DNA of 64,000 nucleotides from an uncultured Actinomycetes bacterium (lineage in GTDB: Bacteria > Actinomycetota > Thermoleophilia > RBG-16-64-13). Below, one piece after another: positions 1 through 10,699 of the stretch. The stretch's first letter is position 1, and every line of letters starts with the position of its first letter. The stretch spans positions 544,001-608,000 of the forward strand of contig CAWJDT010000001.1 of NCBI GenBank assembly GCA_963841735.1. Reading direction: 5' to 3'. The position numbers were made by a program, and so were the translations under genes. The notes beneath the pieces are model-generated. The model was not told where the DNA came from, searched no databases, and was given only the letters and a program-made list of their open reading frames with translations.

Positions 1-1790
1 GGAGCAGCTAAGAGGCGCGGGGCACGAGTTCCGCTCGCAGACCGATACCGAGGTGCTCATCCACGGCTATGAGGAGTGGGGCACCGATATCTTCGCCCGC
101 CTCAACGGCATCTTCGCCGTGGCGCTGTGGGACCAGGCCGCCGACCGCCTGCTGTTGGCCCGCGACCGTTTTGGAGTGAAACCGCTCTACCACGTGGTCG
201 ATGATCGCGGCCGGCTGCTCTTCGCCTCGGAGGTCAAAGGCCTGATCGCGGCCGGCTACCGGCCCGCCACCCCCGATTCCCTGGCCATCCACAAGTACTT
301 GACCTTCTTGTGGGTCCCCGGCCCGGCAACAATGTTCACCGGGGTCCAGAAGCTCCCGCCCGGGCACTGGGCGGAATGGCACGCCGCGCCGGCCTCGTCC
401 GCCGGGCACCGCGCCGCCTCCGGCGCCGGGGCCGGGGTCACCTCCGGAGCCGCCGCCTCCGGCCCCGCGGCCGGCAGCACCGCCGCCAACCCAGGCGGCC
501 GGCTCGAGCATGCACCGCTATTGGAGTCCCACGTTCGCTCCTCAGCCCATGGAGCGGAGCGACGCCGCCGCGGAGCTGCGGCGCATCCTCGAGTCCACCG
601 TGTCGCGCCAGCTGGTGGCCGACGTCCCCGTGGGGGTGTTCCTCAGCGGCGGGCTCGACTCCACCGCCCTCGCTGCGTTGGCGACCCAGGTCGCCGGACG
701 GCCGGCCACCTGCTTCACCATTGGCTTCCGGAGCGAAGACTCCGCCCTGGAGCAGTCTTCCGACGACGCGCGCTACGCCCGAGTCGCGGCGGAGGCGCTC
801 GGCGCCGACTTCCACGACATAGAGGTGTCACCCGACATCGTCGACCTACTGCCCAAGGTCATCTATCACCTGGACGAGCCCGTGGCCGATCCGGCCGCCA
901 TCGCCACTTACCTCATCTGCGAGGCGGCTCGCTCTGAGGTCACCGTGCTCTTGAGCGGCCAAGGCGCCGACGAGATCTTCGCCGGATACCGGGTGCACGG
1001 CATGTCCGATTGGGCCGACCGCGCCGGCCTGCTGCCCAAGTGGCTACGAAAGGTCACCGCCGAGCCGCTGGTGCGGGCCCTGCCCTCCCTGCAGCACGCC
1101 ATCCCCGGCGCCCATCCAGGGCTGGTGCTCGCCGGCCACCGCTACCTCAGCAAGATGCTGGCCGGCGTCGACCTCCCTCCCAACGAACGCTACGTCTTCT
1201 ATCGCTCCTACTACACCGACGAGCAACTGCGGGGCCTCTACGCACCCGGGCTGAGCGGCGCCCTCGCCGACGCCCAAGCAGGGAGCGAGCATCTCGCGTA
1301 TATGCGGGAGGCACCGGCCGCGGACTTCCTCAACCGAGAGCTCTACACCGACTGGTTCACCTTTCTGCCCGAGCTGAACCTAGCCTACTGCGACAAGATG
1401 AGCATGGCCGCGTCGACAGAGGTCCGGGTCCCATTCTTCGACAACGAGATCGTCGACTTCATGCTCACCGTCCCTTGCTCACTCAAGCGGCACGGCCGGA
1501 CTTCGAAGGTGGTGCTCCGGGACGCGGTAAGGGATATCGTGCCGGCAGCGATCATCGAACGTCGCAAGGCCGGATTCGGGGCACCCATCCGCACCTGGCT
1601 TCGGCGCGATCTGCGCGAGATGGTGGACGATCTTCTGGGCTCCGAGCGCATCAAAGCCCGGGGATATTTCGAGCCCAAGGCCATCCGGACTCTGGTGGAC
1701 GACGACCGTGAGGGCCGCGCCGACAATACCTACCGCATCTGGGCGCTACTCACCCTGGAGCTGTGGCACCAGACGTTCCTCGACGTCTAG
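1..1790 (+). CDS. asnB: Asparagine synthase (glutamine-hydrolysing) family amidotransferase, 5'-truncated by the window edge, one frameshift near 500
   Basis: Frame from base 2 reads EQLRGAGHEFRSQTDTEVL..LARDRFGVKPLY; ORF 510..1790 has VPVGVFLSGGLDS, LSGQGADEIFAGY, DKMSMA.S.EVRVPF and RRKAGFGAP. Confidence 0.9.
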
Positions 1791-3217
1791 TAAGCACCCC
1801 GGCGCGCGAACACCACGCCGACAGTCCGCACCATGATCCCCAGGTCCATGCCGAGGGACCAGTTCTCCACGTAGTGCCGGTCGAGCCGCACCATGTCTTC
1901 GAAGGCGAGATCCTTGCGCCCCGACACCTGCCATAGACCGGTGATACCGGGTTTGCCCTTAAGACGTATCAGCGCCTCGGTCGCATACTGATCGACCTCG
2001 CGCGGCAGCGGCGGACGCGGACCCACCAGACTCATGTCGCCACGCAGAACGTTGACAAACTGCAGCAACTCATCCAGGCTCCACTTGCGCAACGCAGCGC
2101 CTATGTGGGTTATTCGCGGGTCGTGTTGCATCTTGAAGTGGGGACCGTCTCCTTCGTCCTGAGCCTTCAGGTCCTCGAGCCGGCGTTCGGCATCGACGAC
2201 CATGGTCCTGAACTTCAGGATCTCAAAGGGACGACCGCCCATGCCCAAGCGCACCTGCCGAAAGATGATCGGACCGGGCGAATCAAACCGCACCGAGGCC
2301 GCCACCACCAAGAGCACCGGCGATACGACCAGCAGCGCCAGTACCGAGACCACCACATCGAACGCCCGCTTGAAACTGCGCCGAACCTGGTCCAGGGGAT
2401 CCACCAATACATCGAACACCGGGGGCTCCCGGAAGCCGTAGACCCGGGCGGCGTGAAGACTCGCCTCGAACAGCGCGGGCACCACCCGGAAGGCCATGCC
2501 CGCCTGAGTGAGAGCCATGGTCACGCGATCGAAGCCGGAGGCGTCCTCCGGATCAAGCGCGACGACGACCTCGCAGGGTCCGTCCGCCCGAGCCAGTTGC
2601 TGGATGCGCTCCACAGAGAGAGCCCCGCGCGCCGCCACCGTGCCCGCGCAGCGCAGCCCCAGCCACGGCCGCTCTTCCAGCAGGGCCACGAAGTTGTCGG
2701 CCACCCTGCCCTGACCTATGACCACCACTCTGCGCATGCCCTCGCCCCGCGCGAACAGCCTGCGCTGATGCCAGGTTATGAGCACCCGGTTGATCACCAG
2801 GAGACTGAAGAACACAAGCAACGAGCTGCCCAACAGCAACCGGGACTGATCCCTGTAGCCGGTGAAGAAGCCGTCGGTTGCCAGCCAGATGCCACACACA
2901 AAGAAGAAGCCAAGCAGCAGGTTCTTGACCATGCCGGCCAGGTCGCCTAGGGGCACCATGCGCCGGTCGCTCGAATACTGGCCGGCTCTGTAGAGGAGCA
3001 CCAGAGTGACCAGCCCTACGAGCAGTTGAAAGACCACGTGCGCCAGACGGGCCACGGCCAGGTCGAATACCCGGAATTGCATCAGCAGTCCGGTCGCGAT
3101 CAGGGCTGTCAGTGCAGCGAGATTGTCCAGTCTGGCCAGCATGCGGCGCGGGCGCACCCACGAGCCCGCGGACTGCCGCAGGGCCGTCTCGCTGTGACTT
3201 GCCGCCATTCCGTCCAT
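1787..3217 (-). CDS. Priming sugar transferase (polyprenyl-phosphate glycosylphosphotransferase, WcaJ/CpsE-like)
   Basis: N-terminal TM helices plus [36 protein letters not shown] and [13 protein letters not shown]. Confidence 0.92.
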   Translation of the reverse strand: MDGMAASHSETALRQSAGSWVRPRRMLARLDNLAALTALIATGLLMQFRVFDLAVARLAHVVFQLLVGLVTLVLLYRAGQYSSDRRMVPLGDLAGMVKNLLLGFFFVCGIWLATDGFFTGYRDQSRLLLGSSLLVFFSLLVINRVLITWHQRRLFARGEGMRRVVVIGQGRVADNFVALLEERPWLGLRCAGTVAARGALSVERIQQLARADGPCEVVVALDPEDASGFDRVTMALTQAGMAFRVVPALFEASLHAARVYGFREPPVFDVLVDPLDQVRRSFKRAFDVVVSVLALLVVSPVLLVVAASVRFDSPGPIIFRQVRLGMGGRPFEILKFRTMVVDAERRLEDLKAQDEGDGPHFKMQHDPRITHIGAALRKWSLDELLQFVNVLRGDMSLVGPRPPLPREVDQYATEALIRLKGKPGITGLWQVSGRKDLAFEDMVRLDRHYVENWSLGMDLGIMVRTVGVVFARRGAY

Positions 3218-3324
3218 GCCACCTCGCCAAACTTGGCCTCAAAGGTCTTTGCGCCGCTGTATTGGCCTGTATCGGCTCGGTTGGGCAAGAGCTTGACCCC
3301 CGCTTGCCAGGTTTTTCGCCGGGC

Positions 3325-4650
3325 ATGCGGAATTCTTCAAATGCCCACTTGACGGGGAAAGAGCACCAAGGAGACGAGGGTCTGACAGCAGGATCGAAAT
3401 CACCTTTCGAGACAAAGGATCCTGGGGCCGCGTCCTCCGGGGCCGCGCCGCACACCGGGGCCGCGCCGCACACCGGGGCCGCCGGGACCGCCGAAACCGC
3501 CGCTCCCTCGCCCGCCGGCAAGGTGCCCCGCCAACCGTGGGCAGACGTCATCCGCATTGCCGCGGTGCTGCTGATCTTCCTATTCCACTTTGGCCCCGAC
3601 TGGGCGCACTCCACCTCCACCCAGCCCTCCGCCGCTTGGCGTTTCATCGCTGAGCACTTCGCCGAGTGGGGCATCGCCGCTTTCGTGGTGCTATCGGGCT
3701 TCGCGCTCGCTTTGACCCTCTCGACCTCCCGGCGGTCGCCATACAACTATGTGTCCCACCGCCTCACCCGCGTCCTGGCGCCGTTCTGGCTGGTGGCTAT
3801 CCCCTTCTCTCTGGCCGGTTTCGCCCTAGGCGAGGAGCCGTGGCGCCATATCTGGAAACTCCCGGTATGGCTCCTGGGGCTGGGCCCGGTCAACCCGTCC
3901 ACCTATCTGCCCATCGGCGAGGCCTGGTGGTATGTGTCGCTGGCTCTGCAAATCAGCCTGCTCATGCCCCTTATCATGTGGTTGCGCCGTTCCCTGGGCC
4001 TGATCCCCGTGACCGTCTTCGCCGTTGGTCTTAACGCCGCGGTGCTGGTAGCTGTTGAGCTGATGCCGTCCGGGTGGGAGTACCTGGCCCAGGGCTTTGT
4101 GCTGTGTCGTCTGGCCGAGTTGGCCATCGGGATGGCGGCGGCCGAGCTGGTGTTGTGGAGGCGCGGACCCCGGCGCGACCGGTTGCGGCTGGTGCAGGCG
4201 GGCTGCTGCATGGGCTTCACCATGGCCGTCTCGCCGCTGCTCGCCATTCTGGGCGCGTGGACCAGGTGGCGAGCCGTGATGGGGCTGGCGGCACTGTTCG
4301 CACTGGGGGCGCTTGTTGGGAGCCGCCCGGGTTGGCGGGTCCGGACACACACCGCCACGCGCGGGCTGGCTTGGGTCGCGGCCGTCTCGTATTGCTTCTA
4401 TTTGACCCATGCTCCGGTGAGCAAATACGCCGGGCGTCTGCTGGTGAAGGCCGGCATCGACACCATCTACATAGCGTTGCCTGTGATACTCATCATCTGC
4501 GTGTTGGTCGCCTGGTTGGCCGAGCGCATAGCGGGGCGCTGGATCGCCCCCCGCCTGGCGATGATCTTCAGCCGCATCTTTGTACGCAACAAGGCGGGCG
4601 CCGCGCCTGGTGACGCGCCGCGCGCCACCGGAGCACACACAATAGAATGA
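3325..4650 (+). CDS. Acyltransferase-3 (OafA-like) membrane O-acyltransferase; start uncertain
   Basis: D.IR.AAVLLIFLFH, FVVLSGF, R.TR, WYVSL and SYCFYLTH motifs; about 10 hydrophobic segments. Confidence 0.8.
   Translation: MRNSSNAHLTGKEHQGDEGLTAGSKSPFETKDPGAASSGAAPHTGAAPHTGAAGTAETAAPSPAGKVPRQPWADVIRIAAVLLIFLFHFGPDWAHSTSTQPSAAWRFIAEHFAEWGIAAFVVLSGFALALTLSTSRRSPYNYVSHRLTRVLAPFWLVAIPFSLAGFALGEEPWRHIWKLPVWLLGLGPVNPSTYLPIGEAWWYVSLALQISLLMPLIMWLRRSLGLIPVTVFAVGLNAAVLVAVELMPSGWEYLAQGFVLCRLAELAIGMAAAELVLWRRGPRRDRLRLVQAGCCMGFTMAVSPLLAILGAWTRWRAVMGLAALFALGALVGSRPGWRVRTHTATRGLAWVAAVSYCFYLTHAPVSKYAGRLLVKAGIDTIYIALPVILIICVLVAWLAERIAGRWIAPRLAMIFSRIFVRNKAGAAPGDAPRATGAHTIE
3424..3483 (+). repeat. In-frame tandem repeat (GGGGCCGCGCCGCACACC-type 18-mers) encoding GAAPHT units
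   Basis: Read directly: ggggccgcgtcctcc ggggccgcgccgcacacc ggggccgcgccgcacacc ggggccgcc. Confidence 0.8.
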
Positions 4651-4678
4651 GACGTCTGCCTAGAATGAGACGTCTACC
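4643..4678 (+). repeat. 18-bp tandem duplication TAGAATGAGACGTCT(G/A)CC containing a TAGAAT -10-like hexamer
   Basis: 4643-4660 and 4661-4678 differ at one base; lies upstream of a GGAGGAGG RBS at about 4707. Confidence 0.75.
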
Positions 4679-4721
4679 CGAAAACGCCAAACCGCACTAC
4701 CCGACGGGAGGAGGACAGACC

Positions 4722-6915
4722 GTGAAGCAGGTGGCCCAAGCGATCAAGGACGGCCGCATCCAGGTGCTCGACGTCCCTCCGCCCACGTTGCGCCCCCACG
4801 GCATCCTGGCCCGCAACGCCTGGTCGCTCATCAGCGCCGGCACCGAACGGGCCAAAGTCGACCTCGGCCAAAAGAGCCTCGTGGGCAAGGCCCGCAGCCG
4901 GCCCGATCAGGTTGCCCAGGTGGTCGAGAAGATACGGCGCGACGGACTGCTCCAGACCTACCGCACCGTCAAGGCGCGCCTGGAGGAGGAGGGCCCCATC
5001 GGCTACAGCTGCGCCGGCGTGGTCACGACCACGGGCGAGTTGGCCGGGGGCTTCCAGACCGGAGACCGCGTGGCCTGTGGAGGCGGCGAATACGCCAACC
5101 ATGCTGAGATCGTGTACGTCCCCGGCACGCTCGCCGTACCGGTGCCCGCTGAGGTGGGCCTCGACGAAGCCGCCTTCGCCACCGTGGGCGCCGTCGCCCT
5201 GCAGGGTGTGCGGCAGAGCGGGGCCGTGCTTGGGCGACCGGGTAGCCGTCATAGGCCTGGGGCTGCTGGGACTGCTCACCGTGCAGCTACTCCGGGCCGC
5301 CGGCTGCGAAGTGGCCGGCATGGACCCCGACCCCGCCCGTTGCGCCCTGGCCGCCGGATTCGGCGCCGGCAAAGTCACGCACGCCGGGTCCGGACGCCGC
5401 CGCCCGCACCCTCCTGGCCGCCACGGCCGGGCGTGGCTACGACGCCGTTATCCTCACCGCCGCCACCAAGGAGTCCGGGCCGGTGCGACTCGCCGGCAAG
5501 ATCGCCCGCGACCGCGGCACCGTGGTCATCGTCGGCGACGTGGGCATGAACATCCCCCGCTCCCCCTTCTACGAAAAAGAACTCACGGTCAAACTCTCGC
5601 GCTCCTATGGACCCGGGCGCTACGATCCCATGTACGAGGAGCTGGCCCTCGACTACCCGCTGGGCTACGTACGCTGGACCGAGCAGCGCAACATGGCCGA
5701 GTTCATCCGCCTCGTCTGCGAGCGCCGCCTCGACGTCAAGTCGCTCATCACTCACCGCTTTGCCGTAGACGACGCCTCTGAAGCCTACGCCCTGCTCACC
5801 AAGAAGGGCGCCGGCGCCCTGGGCGTGCTGCTCGAGTATCCCCAGGCAGCCCCCGGAGCCGAGGCCCCACCCGAGCCGGAGCGCATCTGGCTCACCCGAC
5901 ACGCGTCCTCACCGGTCGCCGAAGGCAAGGTGGGGGTCAGCCTGCTGGGCGCCGGCAACTTTGCCACCGCCACCCTCCTCCCCGCCCTTTCGGCCGACCC
6001 GCGCTTCGCCCGCCGCGGCGTCTACACCACCTCCGGCCTCAGCGCCCAGGACGTGGCCAAGCGCAACCATTTCGCCTTCTGCGCCGGCAATCCCGACCAA
6101 CTCCTTGCCGACGCCGACACCTCCGCCGTGATCATCGCCACCCGTCACGCCTCTCATGCCGAGCTGGCCGAGAAAGCCCTACGCGCCGGCAAGACCGTGT
6201 TTGTCGAGAAGCCGCTCGCCCTTTCCGAGAGGAACTGGCGGCCGTGGTCCAGGCCCAGCGCGACACCGGCGGACGCCTCACCGTGGGCTTCAACCGCCGC
6301 TTCTCGCCGCTCACCCGGACGGTGCTCAAGGAGCTGGAGCATCGCTCCTCGCCGGTGGCGGCTTTGATCAGGGTCAACGCCGGGGCCATCGCGCCCGATC
6401 ACTGGATCCAACGCCTGGAGGAAGGCGGAGGCCGGATCATCGGAGAGGTGTGCCACTTCGTCGATCTGGCCTGCTGCTTGATGGACGACCATCCGGTGTC
6501 GGTCTACGCCCTCTCGGCCGACCCTGACAGGCCTGCCGCCCTAAGCGACACCCTCACCATCACCCTGTCTTTCGGCGACGGGTCCATAGCCACCATCCTC
6601 TACGCAGCCACAGGCGACACCACCTATCCCAAGGAGCGGGTGGAGGTCTTCTGCGAGGGCGAGGTCTTGGTCATCGACGACTTCAAGACCCTCACCATGG
6701 TCGTGGGCGGCAACACCCGCACCGAGAAGCTCGACCGCGTAGACAAGGGTCACTCCGCCGAGATGCAGTCGTTCCTCGACCTGGCCCAGGGTCAAGAGGT
6801 CAACACCCTCACCTTCGCCGACTGCGTGGCCTCCACCGCGGCCACCCTCAAGGTGATCGAGTCACTCACCACCGGCAAGCCGGCGAGGGTGCCCCGCGTC
6901 TCGTTGGAAGGCTAG
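4722..6915 (+). CDS. Bi-domain oxidoreductase (zinc-type alcohol dehydrogenase fold + Gfo/Idh/MocA), about 3 frameshifts
   Basis: SLISAGTE, GYSCAG, ANHAE, VIGLGLLG, YEKEL..SRSYGPGRYD..YVRWTEQRN, GAGNF, VFVEKPLA, GFNRRFSP and GRIIGEVCHFVD across ORFs 4647, 4912, 5483 and 6244; RBS before GTG 4722. Confidence 0.85.
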
Positions 6916-6924
6916 GGGCAGCGC

Positions 6925-8526
6925 GTGCCCGAGGCAGAGACACCCGCAACCGGCGGCACCGCGACCTTCCCGCAACCGGCGGGACCGTCACCACCGGCGC
7001 GCCCGCGACCGTCCCCGCCGCCCGGCCGGCGACGCCGCCACACCCGACGCCACGTGGGCGCGCACCACCGCTCTTGAGATCTGGAAACGCCTGGCCGCCG
7101 GCGACTACGCCGGCCGGGACCCTTACGACGCCCTCAATTCCCGCCTCCTACCGGCGGTGCTGACGAAACCCCGGCTGATCCGCCGGGTGCTCACCCAAGC
7201 AGTCAAGCGCTGCCCCACTCCCGCTCCAACCGCTGCTGGCGGTCAAGCGCGCAGGTGGACGCCTACACCCTGGGCCACGTGCTGCTCGCCGGCGCCCGGC
7301 TCCACGACGGGCCGCGGCGGCGGACGGCGCCCCGGCGCGCCCAGGCTCTCCGTCGGCCCGCGCGCCTGCGCTCCACCTGCGAACAGGTGGCCGCCCAGCT
7401 CCGCGCACTGGCCATCACCGACGGCGAGCGCGATGGGCTGGGGATACCACTTTCCCGTGCACACCCGCTTCTTCTCGTACGTGCCGCCGGCGCCTAACCT
7501 CATCGTCACGGCTTTCGTGGCCAAAGGAATGGCCGCGGTCACCCGCGCCGGCTTGGTCGACTGCTCCACCGAGCTAAGAGGCGCCGTGGCCTTCATCCTG
7601 GGCAGCCTCCCGCGCGTGAGCGACGAGACGGGCCAATGCATCGGCTACGTGCCCGGCGAGACCGCCATCGTCCACAACGCCAACATGCTGGCTGCCCTAG
7701 TGCTTTGCGAAGCCGCGGAGGTCGCCGGCAACAGGGCGCCCACCGGGGCCGCGCGCTCCGCGGGGGCCGCACCTTCCGCGGGGGCCGCCCCTTCCGCCGG
7801 GGCCGCGGACGGAGCGCCCGCCGGCGCCGTCACTTCTGCCGACGCGTCTATCGGCGCCGGCGCCTGGATCGGCGAAGCCCTCGCCTGCGCCCGCTTCACC
7901 GCCGCCCGTCAGGCCGCCGACGGGTCGTGGCCCTACTCCGAAGAGCCCTACGGCCGCTGGGTCGACGGTTTCCACACCGGCTTCGTACTCGACGGCCTGG
8001 CCGCAGTCGTACGCGCCACCGGTGACGAACAGCTCCGAACGGCCTTGCTCCGCGGCCTCCGCTTCTACGTCGCTCAACTGTTCGGCCCCAACGGTGAGCC
8101 CAAGTACTACCCCGGCCATGCGCTGCCCTATGACGCACTCTCGGCCGCACAGGGCGTGGAGACCCTCCACGTGTCGCTCCGTGACTCCCCCCACCTCGCC
8201 GCCCTACGCGACGGCGACTCCCCGCCGCCCGGGGGGCGGCCCCCGCAGGCGGGCCCGCTCAGGCCGTCCCTGGGCAGATCGACTGGATCCGTCGCCACCT
8301 GGTCAAGCCGGGCGGCAAAGTCGCCTATCAAGTGCACCACCGCTGGACCGACCACCGCGAGTTCCCCCGCTGGTCGAGCGCCCCGCTTATGTCTGCTCTC
8401 GCCGGGGTGAGGTCGCCGGTCGCCGGCGTCGCACAGGTCGGCGGCGCGCAGGTCGCAGGCACCGCACAAACCGCAGGCGCCACAACAGACGCAGCCACGG
8501 CGCCATCCCAGGAGGCCGGCTCATGA
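6925..8526 (+). CDS. Conserved polysaccharide-locus protein of unknown function (probable alpha/alpha barrel), several frameshifts
   Basis: Pieces GRDPYDALNSRL, GWGYHFP, PNLIVT, VHNANML, QAADGSWPY, WVDGFHTGF and RWSSAP in shifting frames; family recognised from capsule loci. Confidence 0.6.
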
Positions 8527-9590
8527 CCCGCGGCCCCGTATGGATCGATCTGGCCAACTCTCCCCATGTGCTCTTCTTCCAGCCGGTGATCGCCGAGCTG
8601 CACCGCCGCGGCATCCAAACCGTCGTTTCGGCCCGCGACTTCTCCCAGACGGTCGCACTATGTCACCTCCTGGGCATCGACGCCGAGGTCATCGGCGAGC
8701 ACGGGGGCTCCGGTCTCGCGGGCAAGGCCGGCAACCTGGTGGGCCGTGTGCGCGCTCTTCGCGCCTTTGCCCGAGCGAAAGCGCCCTCGGTGGCGGTGAG
8801 CCACAACTCCTATGCTCAGGCTCTGGCCGGGCGCACCTTGGGCATCCCCGTGGTCACGGCTATGGACTACGAGTTCCAGCCAGCCAATCACCTGGCCTTC
8901 CGCTGCGCGAGTCTGGTGGCGGTTCCCGATGTCTTCCCCCTCGATGCTCTCCAACACCAGGGGGCGGATCTTTCCAAAGTCTGGCGCTACTCTGGGCTCA
9001 AAGAGCAGATAGCCCTGGCTGGTTTTGCACCGGAGCCCGGCTACCTTGAGCGAGCCGGGGTCACCCCCGCGCCGGTGATGGCCCCGGCCGGCGCCGCGCC
9101 GCCCGTGGTGGTGGTCCGTCCCCCCGCCGACATGGCCCTCTATCACCGTTTCCAGAACCCACTCTTCGCCGAGCTACTCGATCTTCTCGAACAAGGTCGC
9201 CGCGAAAATCGGGTGATTGTGGTGCTGCTCGCCCGTACGCCCCAGCAGTCGGCCTCACTGGAAGGCGAAGGCTATGGCGGACTCGTCTGGCGCGGTGAGG
9301 CCCTCGACGGACGTCAGCTCATCGCCGCTGCCGACGCTGTCATCAGCGCGGGCGGCAGCATGAACCGGGAGGCCGCCGTCCTCGGCACACCGGCATTCTC
9401 CATCTACGCAGGCAAACTCGCCGCCGTCGACCGGGCCTTGGTGGCCGACGGCAGGCTCACACTGCTCCGCTCCACTGCGGACGTGTCCGGGCTCACCCTC
9501 CGCAAGAAACCCGCTACGGCGCCGCCCCGCGTCGGAGAAAGCCTTCTCGGCCAGTTCGTCGACAGGGTGCTTGAGACCGAACGTCCCTAG
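8523..9590 (+). CDS. DUF354-family protein (GT-B-like)
   Basis: WIDLANSPHVLFF, GEHGG, DYE and GGSMNREAAVLGTP. Confidence 0.85.
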   Translation: MTRGPVWIDLANSPHVLFFQPVIAELHRRGIQTVVSARDFSQTVALCHLLGIDAEVIGEHGGSGLAGKAGNLVGRVRALRAFARAKAPSVAVSHNSYAQALAGRTLGIPVVTAMDYEFQPANHLAFRCASLVAVPDVFPLDALQHQGADLSKVWRYSGLKEQIALAGFAPEPGYLERAGVTPAPVMAPAGAAPPVVVVRPPADMALYHRFQNPLFAELLDLLEQGRRENRVIVVLLARTPQQSASLEGEGYGGLVWRGEALDGRQLIAAADAVISAGGSMNREAAVLGTPAFSIYAGKLAAVDRALVADGRLTLLRSTADVSGLTLRKKPATAPPRVGESLLGQFVDRVLETERP

Positions 9591-9671
9591 GGCCAAAGTC
9601 GTATCCCGCGAAGCGCCTCTTGAGGCTAACCTGCGTGTGATGAGCAAGACAGCGCTCGACCGCTAACCTGG

Positions 9672-9700
9672 TTGCACGGTAACCGTGTTAGGGTTATAGT
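9672..9700 (+). promoter_or_regulatory. Putative sigma70-type promoter of higBA with overlapping palindromic operator
   Basis: TTGCAC (9672-77), 17 bp, TATAGT (9695-9700); palindrome CACGGT-A-ACCGTG at 9675-9687. Confidence 0.6.
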
Positions 9701-9723
9701 CTAATCGAGTACAAGGAGCATCG

Positions 9724-10017
9724 ATGATCGGCTCGTTCGGAGATGCCGCCACAGAAGACCTGTACCACAACCGCCCGACGCGACGCGCCCGCCGGTGGCC
9801 GGCTGAGGTAGTGGCCCCCGCTTTGATCAAGATGGATCTGCTCGATGCAGCCGCAGCGATTATCGACCTCCAGTCACCACCTGGAAACAGACTCGAGGCT
9901 CTGAAAGGCGATCTGAAGGGCAACTACTCTATCCGCGTCAACGACCGGTGGCGCTTGGTATTCCGCTGGGAGGGCAACAACGCCTACGAGGTCCGGCTAA
10001 TGGACTATCACACATAG
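9724..10017 (+). CDS. higB: HigB toxin (RelE/ParE, plasmid-maintenance killer type)
   Basis: DLQSPPGNRLEALKGDLKGNYSIRVNDRWRLVFRW..V.LMDYH; AAGGAG RBS. Confidence 0.9.
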   Translation: MIGSFGDAATEDLYHNRPTRRARRWPAEVVAPALIKMDLLDAAAAIIDLQSPPGNRLEALKGDLKGNYSIRVNDRWRLVFRWEGNNAYEVRLMDYHT

Positions 10018-10028
10018 GGAGGCAGTCG

Positions 10029-10316
10029 ATGATCCCCGAGAACCGCATACCTACGCATCCCGGCGTGATTCTCAGCCGAGAGTATCTCGCGCCCCTGGGC
10101 ATATCGCAGGTGGCTCTTGCCGCTCACCTAGGGATCCCAGTACAGAGGGTGAATGAACTCGTTCGAGGCAAGCGCGGGGTCACCCCTGCGACCGCCTGGC
10201 TGCTCTCGCAAGCGCTCGATACAACCCCGGAGCTTTGGCTCAACCTCCAAAACGCACACGACCTGGCCCGGAGCCGCCCAGACCAACCGGTTGCACGAAT
10301 CGCCGCGGCCGGCTGA
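10029..10316 (+). CDS. higA: HigA antitoxin (HTH)
   Basis: THPGVIL.EYL.PLGISQ..LA..RVNELVRGKRGVT..TTPELWLNLQ. Confidence 0.9.
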   Translation: MIPENRIPTHPGVILSREYLAPLGISQVALAAHLGIPVQRVNELVRGKRGVTPATAWLLSQALDTTPELWLNLQNAHDLARSRPDQPVARIAAAG

Positions 10317-10369
10317 GCGCCTGCCTCCGTACTGGCAACTGGTGACCATGCTCAAGGAGGTGGATCGAA

Positions 10370-10567
10370 ATGCTCTCCAACCAGATCAAACCGATCAGCT
10401 ATCTCAAGGCCAAGGCCGTCCCCCAAAACATCGCCGGCTACGAGCAGACTCAGGAGACTCTCGCCCTACTCAGGATACTGGCCCTGGGTCTTGACCAGGT
10501 CGAGGAGGGCCGGACACGTCCTGCCTCGGAGGTGATCGACCAACTGCGCGAGCAGCTGGGAGCCTAG
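10370..10567 (+). pseudogene. Phd/YefM-family antitoxin with an internal deletion
   Basis: QIKPISYLKA joined directly to KAV..YEQTQETLALLRILALG; the usual central segment of about 23 aa (..PLVITQNGE..) is missing. Confidence 0.7.
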
Positions 10568-10569
10568 CA

Positions 10570-10642
10570 ATGCAGCTCGCCGTACTGCTGGTCACCGACG
10601 GGCGCCGCGATCTGCGGACCCTGCTGCAGCGCCGCCTCCTAG
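10570..10642 (+). pseudogene. N-terminal stub of a RelE/ParE toxin
   Basis: ATG right after the antitoxin reads MQLAVLLVTDGRRDLR, resembling ParE N-termini, then degenerates. Confidence 0.4.
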
Positions 10643-10699
10643 CGCCCTGACCTTGGGCAGGCAGGAGACTCTGCCGCCTCCGCGAATCATTCCGTTAGC

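Noticed and set aside
3424-7865. CRISPR array or VNTR-type mobile element from the GGGGCCGC repeats
   Set aside because: Short in-frame tandem units without unique spacers, and no cas genes.
9593-9616. XerC/D dif site
   Set aside because: It has a 6-bp variable core, but the arms do not resemble the TTATGTTAAA-type XerD consensus; kept only as an unassigned motif.
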